The translations under genes were made by a program, and so were the position numbers. This document shows positions 14,030 through 27,825 of a stretch of 64,000 bases of DNA, piece after piece; within the stretch, counting starts at the first letter, position 1, and the number at the start of each line of letters is the position of its first letter. The DNA is taken from contig JALMLS010000165.1 in the NCBI GenBank assembly GCA_038496445.1, positions 1-64,000 of the forward strand. The letters run 5' to 3'. This DNA is from Trichosphaerium sp. ATCC 40318 (taxonomy: Eukaryota > Protista > Tubulinea). The notes under the pieces are model-generated. The model ran no database searches. It saw only the letters and a program-made list of their open reading frames with translations, and was not told where the DNA came from.

Positions 14030-14570
14030 GAGAAAGTAAATTATGGTTAGACATGGTAAACTACTTTCAGTACATGCAAGGGAAACAGGAAGGTGAATAA
14101 GAGATGCGGCATTCAAATGGTCTATCAATGCCATTATTGTTAATGGTAAATTAGGAGGAGTTTCAGGAGTGGTACGACAATGGTCAACTATAGGAGCAAC
14201 GTAGAACCTTAAAATAAAAGGAAATGTATGAACTTCCAAATTGTCAGGTGGAACAGGAACTTTTTTATATCAATGGTATACCAGAAAGCTTGGTATTTCA
14301 CTTGTCAATTGAGGGAGCAAGTTAATTATGTAAATGGTAAACAAGAAGGAGAGTGTAAGAATGGTCAAATAGAAAAGCAGCGTAAGTACGCCAATGTCAA
14401 ATACAAGGAGTATGTAATCACATTAATGGTGAAGACATGAAAACGGTCTATTAGTAAAGATTTGCATGGCCAATTCTGTAAGCATAACTAGAATGAGAGG
14501 TCCAGAGGGTTTTTTATGGTCAATTGAGGGAGCAAGGTAATTATGTAAATGGTAATAGAAGGAGAGTCTA
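14030..14570 (+). pseudogene. Decayed MORN-variant repeat gene fragment
   Basis: Fragments such as EWYDNGQL, QLREQVNYVNGKQEGECKNGQI and a second caattgagggagcaag unit, interrupted by stops and frameshifts; same repeat type as 34735-36318. Confidence 0.7.
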
Positions 14571-14699
14571 ACAAAACAGTAATTGGAAGATACCTTTATT
14601 TAATAATAATGGAACACTTTTTTTACACTTGTACCTGTTTCTTAGTGCTTATCAAAACTGTTACTTCTTAAACTACAAGTATGATACTTTATTAAACAT

Positions 14700-15810
14700 T
14701 GCTAATGAAGTGTTTATTTCTTGATCTAAATCACCCTCAGGCGAAACATGCTTTTTGTCCAACATAAAAAATCCCTGAAATTCCAACATTTGCTGTTAAC
14801 AACCGTTACTGACTCTGGTCACGGAGCTTGTCTTCTATTTTCTTCTTCAACCTATCGCTGACATCCAATTTTACCTACATTAATAAGTGACGGCGGTAAA
14901 AGAAGAACAACAGAGAACAACAACAAGCAAATTCAATAAAAATACTTAGGTTGGAAAAGCAAAAAACACATACAATAGCACTGTCAATTATATTAATCTT
15001 TGATTCACGAGCTTTCATATACACCTGTTCAGTGATCAATGACTTAACGGTATCTCTCTTAGATACTATTTCAAAAATATCAAACTGAGCCTAAACCATA
15101 GAAAAATAAGATAACAACTAAGAAAATACCAGGATATTGTGATCACAATTCCTTGGTTGCAACAGCGCATGTGTTGGTCTTTCCATGTGTTTTACTAAGA
15201 TAGCACCACAACATACACACTTACAACCAAGGAATCCATAATAAGGTTGCAGAATGAAGTAGTGCAAAAACCCTGTTCTCAGGCACCAAAATAAAGAATA
15301 CTTGTTACTAAGTTTAGATACAAAATTCACGTGCCGTAACATCACTAACTGCATATTTTGCAGCTTTTTTAATTTCTACCTCTGCAATTGCTTTAAAATC
15401 TCCACCATACTCTTTAACAATCCACGGTATTTCATCCTTATGTGGTTCATATAAGAACCGAAACCAAAGCGATAATTCTTCACAATCGTTTGACTTCCCA
15501 GGGCAATGAATTGTTATAGGATGAGGTCCTGTGCTAACCATGACTGTGGAATATAGATACGGTAGCTTCCAATGCACTCCAGGCGAGTATACTGTGTTTA
15601 AAACAGCACCAGATCTTGTTTTAAGAACAGCTACTTTACCAGGTTCAACTCTAAAGAAAGAATTGCGGCATACGAAAATAGAAGCGATTCCAAGGCCTCG
15701 GAAGGTGCTTTTAGCTTGATGTGACTAAATTTAGTAAACGCACTTGTGAAAATAACTCCTGGATGCCTTAAAAACTTAAATAGCCATGTAAAGCTAGTCG
15801 TAATGCTCAT
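14700..15810 (-). CDS. Divergent prohibitin/SPFH-domain protein (ends approximate)
   Basis: SFFRVEPGKVAVLKTRSGAVLNTVYSPGVHWKLPY...LSLWFRFLYEP..EIPWIVKEYGGDF aligns with the prohibitin N-terminal and SPFH regions. Confidence 0.65.
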
Positions 15811-16553
15811 ACTGTATGTTGGTATTATGTGAACTCAGATTTTGACTTCGGCTTGACTGCGTAGAACACCAACAAAATGTCACATTTTTAAACGGTTTAG
15901 TCGATAACAGATTTTGTTGCTGAGTCCTGGAGGCTTCGGTTATCCGGCTAAAGATTCCGGCATAGCTGCTTTTACATTACCACTGTTTATTCTCAAACAA
16001 AAAAACATTGTCCTAAACTTTTAACAAGGTCTGACACTTCCTGGTTTTAATCAGCATAAGCCCTTTTATGTTCCCTATGCTATTGTTCTCCAAAAAAGAT
16101 ACACGTCTGCTTTTTTTAATCAAAGGGTTTTAATTGAGCTGTATACAATAAGCGATTATACAAGTGTTTTCTTGCACTTTCGTTTCTTAAAACTTTCTTG
16201 GTTGGAATAAAAGATACAAGCACTTCGCTATCAAGGATGTTTTCAATCATTCAAGATGTTCTCAACACAACAATTAGATACCATGTAACTCTTTGCACCC
16301 GAAGTGGAGTTGTATGTAATTGTTAACACCTCTATAGCGCAAATAAAATCGTACAAATCATATAGTAAGTGGAAAAGAGTCTAATTGTAACACGTGAACA
16401 AGTAGGAGGATTTTTTAAGCTTGAAATCGGTTGATTTATAACTACTATTTGATTCTATCTGTAATGCGGTAAAGTCAGTTTTGTCCGTGGAGCTCTACTT
16501 AAAGTTGATAAAACTGTGACTTAAGTTACAGTCTTAGTAGCTCATTAGGCTAA

Positions 16554-17823
16554 ATGGCACGTCAAGCACATGGTTTATCACCGATTCATTACGCTAAAGT
16601 AGTGGTTCTCGGAGACGGAGCAGTTGGTATGTCGTAACAGAGGCTAATTTATCTTTGTTAAAGGCTTATTTCGCTTGGTTTAAGGCAAAACATGCTTACT
16701 GATACGCTTTATAAACGATTCTTTCCCAACAGATTACAGTACGATCTATTTTCAAGTTTAAACGTTTTAAATGCTTATTAATACAGCACCAACGGTTTTT
16801 GATAACTACAGGTAAGTAATGGAGTTCTTGTTGAGTGTAATTCAATTGAACTCTTGCATTTTTTTTGCTGATGGCACTGACTTTTGTGATAAGCAATCCG
16901 ATAACTGTTTTGGATAAGCATGTGACTTTAGGTTCGTCTTTGACTTTGTTGAGTTCTCCCCTTTTTGCTTTCTGATTTGAATTGACTTGCATGTTAAAAG
17001 GTACATGGGATACAGGTGGTGGCGAGGATTATGGAAGAATTAGACCTTTGAGCTATCCTGCACGTGACTTATAATTAGTTGGTTTTATAACTGTATTTGA
17101 AAAGCAGAAAAGTCTTCAACAAGTATTTGCGTCAACTCTGCTATCCATGTCAAAGTCTCGCTCTCATGCGAATTTTAGGGAACAAGTGTTTTTCTTGTAT
17201 GTTTCAGCATCATTTCTAGAGCTAGTTTCGAAAATGTTGAGGAATACGTACCACAGAATTGAACATGTGAAAATACCTAAATTTTTGAGTTTAGTGGAAA
17301 CCTGAACTGGCGCATCATTGTAATGATGTACCTATTGTTCTTGCAGGTCTCAAAATGGATTTGAGAACAACACTTAAACCTGATGGAAGTCCATATGATT
17401 GTATTACCAAAGAAGAAGCTCAACAGATGGCAATAAAAATAGGTGTAAGTCTTTGCAGTTTTCTTTAAAATTTGTTGCTGACACAGGTATAAAACAGGCA
17501 CATTCGTATGTGGAATGTAGTGCTCTCACAGGAGAAGCTGTAAAACGTGGTAAGTATTATCCAAACATATACTCTAGGACAAGGTTTAAGTGTGAACACG
17601 ATGAAAGGCAATGTCAATGAAGGCAAAGTGTTGAGCTTACAGAAACCACATTGATGTTTGTCTTATCATCACGTTTACAATTTGCACCCTTTTGAATGAT
17701 TGATTACAACAAAAGATTATTTTTAATGGTTTGATTGTAGCTTTTGATGAAGTAGCCATACTGGTGTTGGCAAATAGAGGGCAGATAATACCTCCAGATA
17801 AAAAAAGTTGTATTGTAATGTAA
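16554..17823 (+). CDS. Rac/Rho-family small GTPase with atypical switch II (not in ORF track; 9 exons)
   Basis: Spliced: KVVVLGDGAVGKTCLLI...PTVFDNY...[28 protein letters not shown]...GLKMDL...ECSALT...CIVM* (CaaX box). One GC-AG intron, 17060-17178. Confidence 0.9.
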
Positions 17824-17915
17824 TTAAATTGTTCAGCTTAATGAATTGATACTTTGAATTTTTTATTTCTTTTGATGTTTACAATAAAAGTCTATTTAAT
17901 TAGTCAACATTGAAA

Positions 17916-19015
17916 CTAGAATTCAAGATCGACAATAAGTTCTGGTACGAAAAACTCTCCATTGGCAACGTTGCATATTATATATTCCACTGTTTCAGGT
18001 GGTAGATAAGGCTCAAGACGTTTGATACAGAGCATAAGGTAAAAAACTTGATCTCTAAAAAACTTTGGGAAATATTGATGTAATCTTGGATGCCATCTCT
18101 GATTTAACGCCAATTTCATCAATTCCTTTGTTTCTTTATCACCTTGCGAATTTGATTCCATGTACTCATCAACCAGTTCTATACAAGTTGATGTTTGATC
18201 CCCAGAAGAGAAAGGTATTGTTACATCTGCATTGAACATACGAAGAATCAAAACTCTTCTAACATCTTTTGATTCAATAGCCAAATGCAAAGGTGTCTCT
18301 GAAACACATATTGAGTCATACCCAAACTTGGAATTTCTCTTCGTGTTAACATCAGCTCCATAGTGAAGTAATAACAGCATTGAGAGTTCATTGAAATCTG
18401 CTTTTTTTTTAATCACGTGATGTAATGCTGTATAGTATTGTGTATGTGTCATTGAATGAACCTTATGAGCTCTTATACAATTATAAACTTCAGGATCAGT
18501 CCCAGGTGTCTCAAGTAGCATTTTAAGGGTGACAGGATTATCAAGCGCTTTTGTAAGCACTGTGTATGTGAAAAGACTCCTTGTTGCATTTATTGTTTCT
18601 GAAGCATTTGCGTCACCACCTTTAGACAGCCCGAGTTTCAAAAGGTCATAGTACTTTTTTGAAGGGTTTTCAATAGTAAGGGCCACAATCTCTATCAAAG
18701 CTGGTTTTTTAAACGCTAAAACACTCAGTTCACCATTGACGTCCGCATTGTATTCGAGGAGCATCGAAATCATTTCTATGTTTGCTATCGCTTTCTTGTC
18801 CGTAATTCGTTCGTCTGTGTGTAGAGGAACATGTATGAGCGTGCATCTGCTAATTTTAAATCAGTTAATTGTATGGTTATGAGAAGATGAGTGTATTTGT
18901 ACCCCCATCGTCTATATTTAATAGTTTCATTTGGGTTTACGCCTTTACGAAGTAATTTTCTAACTGTTTCAATATCATTTGCCAGTACAGCTTGGTGTAG
19001 TTCTGATTTAAACAT
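17916..19015 (-). CDS. Ankyrin-repeat protein with C-terminal F-box/SOCS-like motif, paralog 1 (2 exons)
   Basis: Ankyrin motifs (ELHQAV, TALHHV, TPLHLAI) and C-terminal WHPRLHQYFP...YLPPETVEYII; a single intron (~18903-18850) joins the two ORFs. Confidence 0.85.
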
Positions 19016-20127
19016 GTAGAAGGAAAGAAATAAATACTACCATTGAAAGCTAAGGGAACTTAATTTGTATGTTGTTATTCCAAAGTAATCCATGTTACAG
19101 GCAAACTGATAATTGGAGAATCCAACCGTTCAAACGCACGTGATTTAAACAAACATTTTTGATTTCGATATTGATCGCTATTTCAAAGCCTTTTGGGCAT
19201 AAACCAGCACTGGTAACATGTTATAGTGTTTGGAGTAGTTGGGTAGTAGGCAAGGGAGATTAAATTCTGTTTCAATCTTGGCACTCTAGGTGCCGTAAAT
19301 ACAGTTATTGATGACTGATATCCCTTGACAAACGTGACAAATGACTCACCAAGAACCTCTGTCTAAACACAAGATGAACAAAGTGGTTGTATTGGAGGGT
19401 CAGTCGACTCTTTGTAGACATCTGATGCGTGCTCCTACCAACGGCTTCGGTGCCATAGTTTTTTCCGAATTTTCCGAAAACAAAAATTCGAAAAAAATAG
19501 AATTCGTAGAAAGATGCATAGCTAGGGCAGTCCACTAAACTAGAAAGCGCCTGGTTCACTTACAGTCGGGTCCGACGGCTTCAAACCTTCATCTGTAACT
19601 CTTTGGGCGTTGGCACTTTCTATAACTTTAGAAAGGCTGTAGCACCTTTAACTTCATGAAACAACTCTAAGTGGCCTTAAAGTTTGATTGTGGTCAAGGC
19701 AACAAGTGTTTGTTGCCTGACGAACAGCATGCCAAGAATGTTTGAGTTTTTGTTGAGGCGTTCATGTGAGCTTGTATAATTTGGTCTTACACTCATACAA
19801 CATTTCTGAGTGTATGAAGAACATGACCATTACTTATCGAACTAACATATGTAAAGACTATAAACTACAATGATCTGTATCTATCACTAACACCTCAATC
19901 AATCTATTAAATCACAGGTGACATGTACCTTCCAAAAGCAAGCACGCTATTAAGCTGACATAGTGTTGATATAAACTTATTGACTACTTTTATTCTTTCA
20001 AGAATGTACTTCTATAGATGGTTTTTATAGTACCTCACAAATAACATAGAAAATAGTATTGAGTCCAGTTATTTACTAACATACAAAATGATGAAAAAAT
20101 GGATTCCTTTTTAGTTGATTCTGACTG

Positions 20128-21070
20128 TTAATTACCTACAGATATAGATTTCCTACAATAGAGATCTGGCATCAATTTACCAGTCCATTTACCTCTCATT
20201 ACAGCGTTACTGTTTTGGTCAGGAGACTTATCCCAGAAGCTAAATCCAAATTTTTGACGATGAAAAAATGGACCGATATGACCTCCGCAGAATCCTTCAC
20301 TCTTTAAAGTATTACACAAAGACCGAGACCACTTTATAGACCAAGGAATATCCGCCTTTGGGCCAGAGAAAACACCCTCTGCGCCATCTTCAGTAGTACA
20401 AGCAGCGTGACCGCTTGGTAGGTATGGTGCTTGGTCTGAAGCAGAAGGAACGAATGTAGCCCCACAATGTGCGTTTGAAGAACCTTGACAAGGACCATAC
20501 GCACTTCCTGGATTTCCGGGGTATTTAGAATCCCACATTGTAGTCATTTTACGTTGCTGACCCCATAATGCACGAGCGAACATACAATGATCCTTTTGTA
20601 CTTGTCTATCTGCGCTAGTGTATCCTAGTAACAAAACAATGTGAATCTTAAGAAAAAACGTGATTTAAAACGACGACTTTCTTACCTACAAGTGATCTCA
20701 CGTGATTAATCGCTATACGATGCCATTCATCTACTTCTGCCTTTGTTGGGCTCTTATTGTTTCTAAAAGGCCTGTGTTTGTAGAAAACCTCTCGAATACC
20801 TCTTATTGTATCCACTGTAGGGCAAATAGCCTTCCAGAAGTCCTCTTTCGACATTTTAGAAGGGTCATAAGGACGACCGTTCCATTTTGAATTATTCCAT
20901 GTGGCTTGTGTTATCCAACTGACGCCGTCAGGGTCGTTACCAGTGTTTTCTTTCATCGCTTTTTTGTTCATCAGTGACCAATCAGCTTGGTTTGGAGTGT
21001 ATTGTTCAAGCGCTGTAGTATACACGATGTACACGCATAAAACCAGTAGAGTTACTATCAAATGAGTCAT
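20128..21070 (-). CDS. Secreted Cys-rich protein, possibly divergent CAP/SCP-like (2 exons)
   Basis: Signal peptide; an intron joins the ORFs as INHVRSLVG|YTSADRQV; late GHIGPFF..FGFSF motif. The CAP assignment is inference only. Confidence 0.7.
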
Positions 21071-21729
21071 ACGATAATTAGTACTGATGGATGGGTAAAA
21101 ACTATACCTGAAGCTAACTGCATTTTTAGCCGATCACGTGTTGTTGATCTTTGTTTTGGTTTTTGTTTATGTCTCGCGATTTTCTTGCGAGTTTTCTGTC
21201 GTTTTCACATTTAATTGTTTTCTCAAACAACGTTACAGTGTATTCATTAAGCGTTGTTATCATATGATATGTGTAATTTTGTAGACCACGAAATCCATCC
21301 AAGCAGTATTATTCTAAAAAGTTGGGTAAACTATCTTATACCATACGCTTTCTAAATATCTGCGCTTTCTTGAAAATACAAGTATTAGTAAAAACACAAT
21401 TACCAACACTTCTACACTTATCACTTCCGGCATATTCTTTCTAGGCGTCATATACATTCTTGCCAATACAAAGTGAGAATAACTACTCAGGTGGTACTGT
21501 AGTTGAGATAGCTGTAGTTCGTTGCCAGTGTTTCATATATTGGACAAGACTTGTGTACTTTGAACAATTATTCTTGCATCTGGCAATACCTTCATGAAAC
21601 ATATGCTGCGTATTGACCATATTGAGTGAGGTGTAAATACATGTAAGCAAACTAAAATAAATATTAATACTTTTATTTATCTCTAATGGAGCAAGCACTT
21701 CTCGGTGTAGGTTTCTGTGTACAACTTTT

Positions 21730-22030
21730 ATGTCACTATTCAAAGTCAACAACAAGTTCTGATACAAAAAACCCTCCATTGGCAACCTTACATATTATAC
21801 ATTGTACTATTTCAGGTGGTAGATAAGGCTCAAGACGTTTAATACAGAGCATAAGGTAAAAAACTTGATCTCTAAAAAACTTTGGGAAATATTGATGTAA
21901 TCTTGGATGCCATCTCTGATTTAACGCCAATAGCATCAATTCCCACACTTCTTTAAGTACAGATTGAGCCATACCCAAAAAGCACATGCTAAATAAATTC
22001 CTGTTTTGTTAACATCAGCTCCATAGTGAA
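21730..22030 (-). pseudogene. Truncated, internally deleted third copy of the ankyrin/F-box-like gene
   Basis: 3' end nearly identical to 17930-18125; after HYGADVNK the sequence jumps to the C-terminal segment, and there is no 5' half. Confidence 0.85.
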
Positions 22031-22039
22031 TAGTAGCGG

Positions 22040-22190
22040 ATAGCTCTAGCTGGTGTTCATGCTAACCTAAGTTGTTGCAAGTGCAGACGAAGCATTGGCA
22101 GGTGTACATGAAATTGATTTATCGGGTACAAATGTAACAGATAAAGGGATGATAGAGCCTAGCGTATTTACCTACATCAGTGAAGGCATA
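22040..22190 (+). pseudogene. LRR fragment related to the F-box-LRR gene at 55675
   Basis: ALAGVHEIDLSGTNVTDKG matches the repeat unit LGGVHTIDLRLANVTDKG. Confidence 0.7.
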
Positions 22191-23328
22191 AACAAGATTA
22201 TTGGAAGTTTGTTTTTCTATTTTATATTTTTTCTTGAAATCAACATCTTTCAACTCGTCCAAGTTACAATTGATGTAGCACTACATAATAAAAAGTCAAT
22301 AGTCTAATGGCTATAAATTAGATCTTTGAGTGGTAGACAATGTCGTGAGAAAGCTCCTTTGTAACTAATTGATTTTACAAAGAAGATGAAACAGTAAAAT
22401 AGGTTCTTCTGTTTTTTCAATGTATGTCCGTCAGCGACTTCATTCAAGCTATTTCAATTCGGGTCTCCAATGAATATTCTAACACCTTTATGAACGTTTT
22501 TCCCAGGCAAATTATGAATGAACAATGAAAAAAGTGTCCCACAATCAACACTTCACCACTATGGTAGAAAGGGTTTAAACTCTACTAATATCGCGTAATA
22601 GTTCTTCCCCGTCTTATTCAGGCAATTGGTAGTGGATAACACTACAAAATCCTAAATATCAAACTAAGTGTTCCAAATTTTTCGTTTACTTAAATCACTG
22701 TGACACGCTGTCCTTTGTGTTATAACGTAGCGTAACATTTTATCCGGCCTCAAAGATGACGTCATTTTTATTAGACAACACCTTACACATGTAATTATTT
22801 TTACGCTTTATCGAAATTACGACCTAATTTAGTATCACGTGATAAGTGTAAGAGTATTTTAAAAACGATTTTATTTTCTTGTATTACGATATACATAGCG
22901 ACTGTTTTTGTGTTGTCCCAAATGGTGATATGATTTTACTATTTATGTTATTTGTTTATTTGTAGTTCCTTGTATCCACTGATTATGGAAGAAGAGTTTT
23001 GTTTGGTGAACACTTTATTTTTGTACACAAATATCGCTGGGTTTTAAAACCAAAATAACTTTGGAGAACGCCACACATCTCGTCAACAACAAACACCCTA
23101 CGCACTAATAGCACTCCAAGTACGCCCTGCTCAATAGAACCATCGAATTAAAGGCAATTTCTTTACTTTCAAAAAGACATTTTTACTTGGCGCCGCAGGC
23201 AACATCAAGCAAACAAAGTGGTTTGATGCAAAGTAACAAACAACGAACTTTGTTAATCCGTTTTTCTCCACTTTTTTTTTTACATGCTAGATCTTGTTAT
23301 AACACGTGCTTAGGTATAAATAAACAAT

Positions 23329-24289
<961 letters not shown>

Positions 24290-24721
24290 AACTGCCTCTA
24301 TAAAAAAGAACAATAAACCGTTGTGAATAAGCATGAAAATAGCTTTTCTTTTATAAGTGCTAGAACTTATTTATGATTACAATAAGCTACAGCAACACCG
24401 TGAGTACTATTGTTTCAGACTTGATTTTAATGGACGTCCATGATTTTGGTGGTAAGACGCAGCAAGCAATTTCAAAAAATACAGCGGCTAGCTGTGTTCT
24501 AATATTCAAAAAGAGTAACAGAGAAGTGTGCTTACATTTTTGAAAACGTGATTGGATTATTCACACACAGGTGGCTTAAGACTGTAGATAAAAATTTCTC
24601 TTGTTATGTTTATACTCAATGTAAAACCTACAAAAAGAAGCACTGAAGTACGTTTTTTATTCTACATACAGCATTAAACAAATAGAATTTTGTTTTTTGG
24701 TCTTTGTTTTTGCAGTTCTCC

Positions 24722-25837
24722 TTACATGATCTTCTTTTCGCTTGGTTTTCCATAAAAAGCTCGATGTATACTAGAGGGAGTAGGTATTATAGCAGGCACC
24801 TCTTTTCTGTAAGCTTTGTACTCGTCACCCCATACAGCAATGAGTTTTTCTTCCTCATGTGGAACTGCAAAGTATAGGTAGATAAAAATCAACATTATCA
24901 GCAATGCTTTATCACCAGTCATAACAGGGGATACAAGAGCACTTGCAATAAGGCTAAAGTATTGTGGATGACGAACAAGACCATAGTAACCTAGAAGGCA
25001 ATCCGAATTAACAAGAAAAAACTCAGAAAGAGGAATGTAAAACAACAGTACCTGTTGTGAGTAATGAGCCTATAGCGCGATCAGAGCAACCTTCATCGTA
25101 TTCTTTGTTTGTCATACTAAGTTGTGTGATGCCTACAAATTTCTGGAAGACAATCAAAGTGAGAAAATTGTAGTGCAGTATTGATTAACATTGTCAACGA
25201 AAAAAAACAGAAATCGGACTTATACCTTCTGGTCGAATCCACCGAATGCTTGAGGAGTCCCGGCTAATACAAACGCAACAGCAACAGCAATATAATACCT
25301 GTAACAGAAGTTAAGGAAGAATCCCTTAAACGCTGTTTTTTGTCATGCGAATGGTCTTAAGGTGTACCTGTAAGGGCTAGGACCAATCTGCCATATGTCT
25401 GTCCCAATGTCTTGCCACAGTACCATTACAGTGGTAAGAGACCATATGGCTAAGAGACTATACGTTATTCGTGTTAATTGCTTGCGCAGCATCTACAAAA
25501 AACGCGTCAGAGTCAACTTGCAAAGTGCGAAAATAGAATGTTTGTACAGCAACCGTCGTACATTACTGATACCGGCTTGAGCTTTCTGAGTAGCCAGTAA
25601 CGAGTGTATTACACCCCATGAGATAAATATTCCGGCGTTAAACGCAATTTTTGGCACAAGCGTTGTAAAACCCATGTCAATACCAACAGATGGCATGAAG
25701 CTTGGTAAGACCATCCCACAAGCAACCCACACTTGGAATAAAAAGAAGAAAGGCGCTGTAACTGCCAAGAGTATGTATCCAATCAGCTGGTACGAAAATG
25801 GTATGCCAACCTCAGAAGATTTAGGGTTAGTATCCAT
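24722..25837 (-). CDS. Nurim/MddA-like isoprenylcysteine carboxyl methyltransferase-family membrane protein
   Basis: WGVIHSLLA, RITYSLLAIW..LWQ, GYYGLVRHPQYF and EEEKLIAVWGDEYKAYRKEVP motifs; multiple TM helices. Confidence 0.8.
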
Positions 25838-26067
25838 TCGTTGTCTCTTCAGTTGAAAATTCGAAAGTTTTGAAAAATAGTGACTTATTGACTTCGCCTG
25901 CTTAAGTTTCGGGCAAACAATTTAGCCTCAGGATGTACAGATTCGTATTTGTTTGCGTAGATTATAAAGGAGGTGTTTTTTAGCGAGTTTTCGCAATGAT
26001 CTCTGAATTGGTTCAGATTTTTCTCTTATTCTGCGCTTACAATAATCAAAACACAGTTTAATTAACG

Positions 26068-27162
26068 ATGGCAGAGCAAGACCCTCTTATACATAAGTTT
26101 CCGCGTACAAGACATATTTTAGACGCAGGTGGCAGTGGTGTTACTAGAGATGATTTAGTACGTCGCCGTTACGTTTACAACATCTCTTGCAGGCGTAATA
26201 ATGACGTCTAACGCAAATTGTAGCTTTTTGATAAAAAGGAGGCAATAGAGTTCTTGAAAAACGACGTTATAGTAGAAGAGAAGGTAGACGGAGCTAATTT
26301 AGGTACACCTATAAAAACCGTTGAAAGACTGCAATATTAACATACTAATAGGTATATACGTCACCAAAGACTGGCAAATATGCTATCAGAACAGGTTAGT
26401 ACGATTTTTTTTAAAAATACAATACTAACGCCGTTACGAAGAGCACACTACGTGTCAAGTGCTACAGCAGCTCAATGGAAGCCTTTAGGTACGCTTTGAA
26501 TCAAAACACCTCAATTCGCTGTTTTCGTTGTTAAACACCTCGCTTACGCTCAAACTAAGATAACTGGCTTGAACAGCACCCTGGAATCTGGAATGTATTG
26601 ACATCACCTGACATAATCATCTTTGGAGAATGGTGCTATCAGAAACACTCTATTGAATACGCAAAGCTACCAGACTACTTTCTATGCTTTGACATATTTG
26701 ACAGAAAAGAAAACAAGTACGCTACGCGCTAATTCATTTCAGGGAAAAACCGTTTTAATTTTTTTGCTTTCAAGCCAAAATATCTTCTTGTAGGTTCTTG
26801 TATTGTCTCTAAACATTTTTATTTAGGTTTTATAGTATTGATGAACGTAATAAGATGCTTGAGGGATCTGGTATTTCTACAGTAAGGACAATAAACCGTG
26901 GACAATTTTCAAAAGAAGATATTATAAAAATGCTTGATACACCTTCACAGTATCGTACTGAAGGACCTGTAGAAGGTACGATTAGGGTGTATTCACTAAT
27001 ATTAATACATATCTAACTTGTTTAAAAGGCGTTTATGTCCGTATTGACGGCGAAAAGTATAACATCTCAAGAGGTAAAGTTGTAAGACCTGATTTCGTAC
27101 AGCACATTGAAAAGCATTTTACAAAACTTAAGTTTGTAAAGAATACAGTATTGTACAAATAA
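26068..27162 (+). CDS. ATP-dependent RNA ligase (Rnl2-like nucleotidyltransferase domain); missed by ORF track
   Basis: Spliced: KFPRTRH...EEKVDGANLG...QNR...FGEWCYQKHSIEY...FDIFD...EGVYVR...KVVRPDF; motif I KxDG is intact. Confidence 0.88.
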
Positions 27163-27825
27163 ATTGAAGGGATCTTCAATGGCGAGAACGTGTGTTAAGT
27201 GGTGTGGCATACATCAACCAGGGAGCACAGGAGTTGGAATTTTCTGCAAAATGATGTCCTTGCAGGGTGTGTTCTAAAATGTCGAAAAAAAAGTCGAAAA
27301 AATGTCAAAGTGAATTGAACTGTTCGCCACAAAGGGAGACAACTGGGTTATGGCGCTCAGTCGCCGCTAGGCTCTGCCCCCAAAATTTTCGACTTTTTTT
27401 TGGCAAAGTTCTACATATTTGGGTTTCCCCCTTGCAGCAAAGCTGGTAACCCAAATACCTCTAAGAGAGTGCAAAAACATTGTAATAGTGTCTCGCTATC
27501 TCTGTACAGCAAGTCTTTTTTACCTTCGAAAACACGTGATAAAGTTTGGTACCAAACATCTTTACCATCACTAAACGGAAACCGCTAGAATCGATATTTG
27601 GCGGTTTGGCGAGTACATGTGGTGTTAGAAACCGTCACTCTTGACAACATTTAACAGTTGAACTTCCTTTTATTGTTGTTCTATTTATTGATAGTGAACA
27701 CTGCAGTAAGTCAATACAAGCTTGTAAGAAGCCAAATACAATTTTCCACAGTCACGTGGGTTTTCAGAAGTTCGCTGGCTTAACTATCGTCGTATTTTCT
27801 TTCTTTCTAAACAACAATAACGTTT

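Noticed and set aside
22300-22560. Possible small-GTPase remnant on the minus strand (LWDT, WENV, HWRPEL)
   Set aside because: Motifs are short, in different frames and could be chance.
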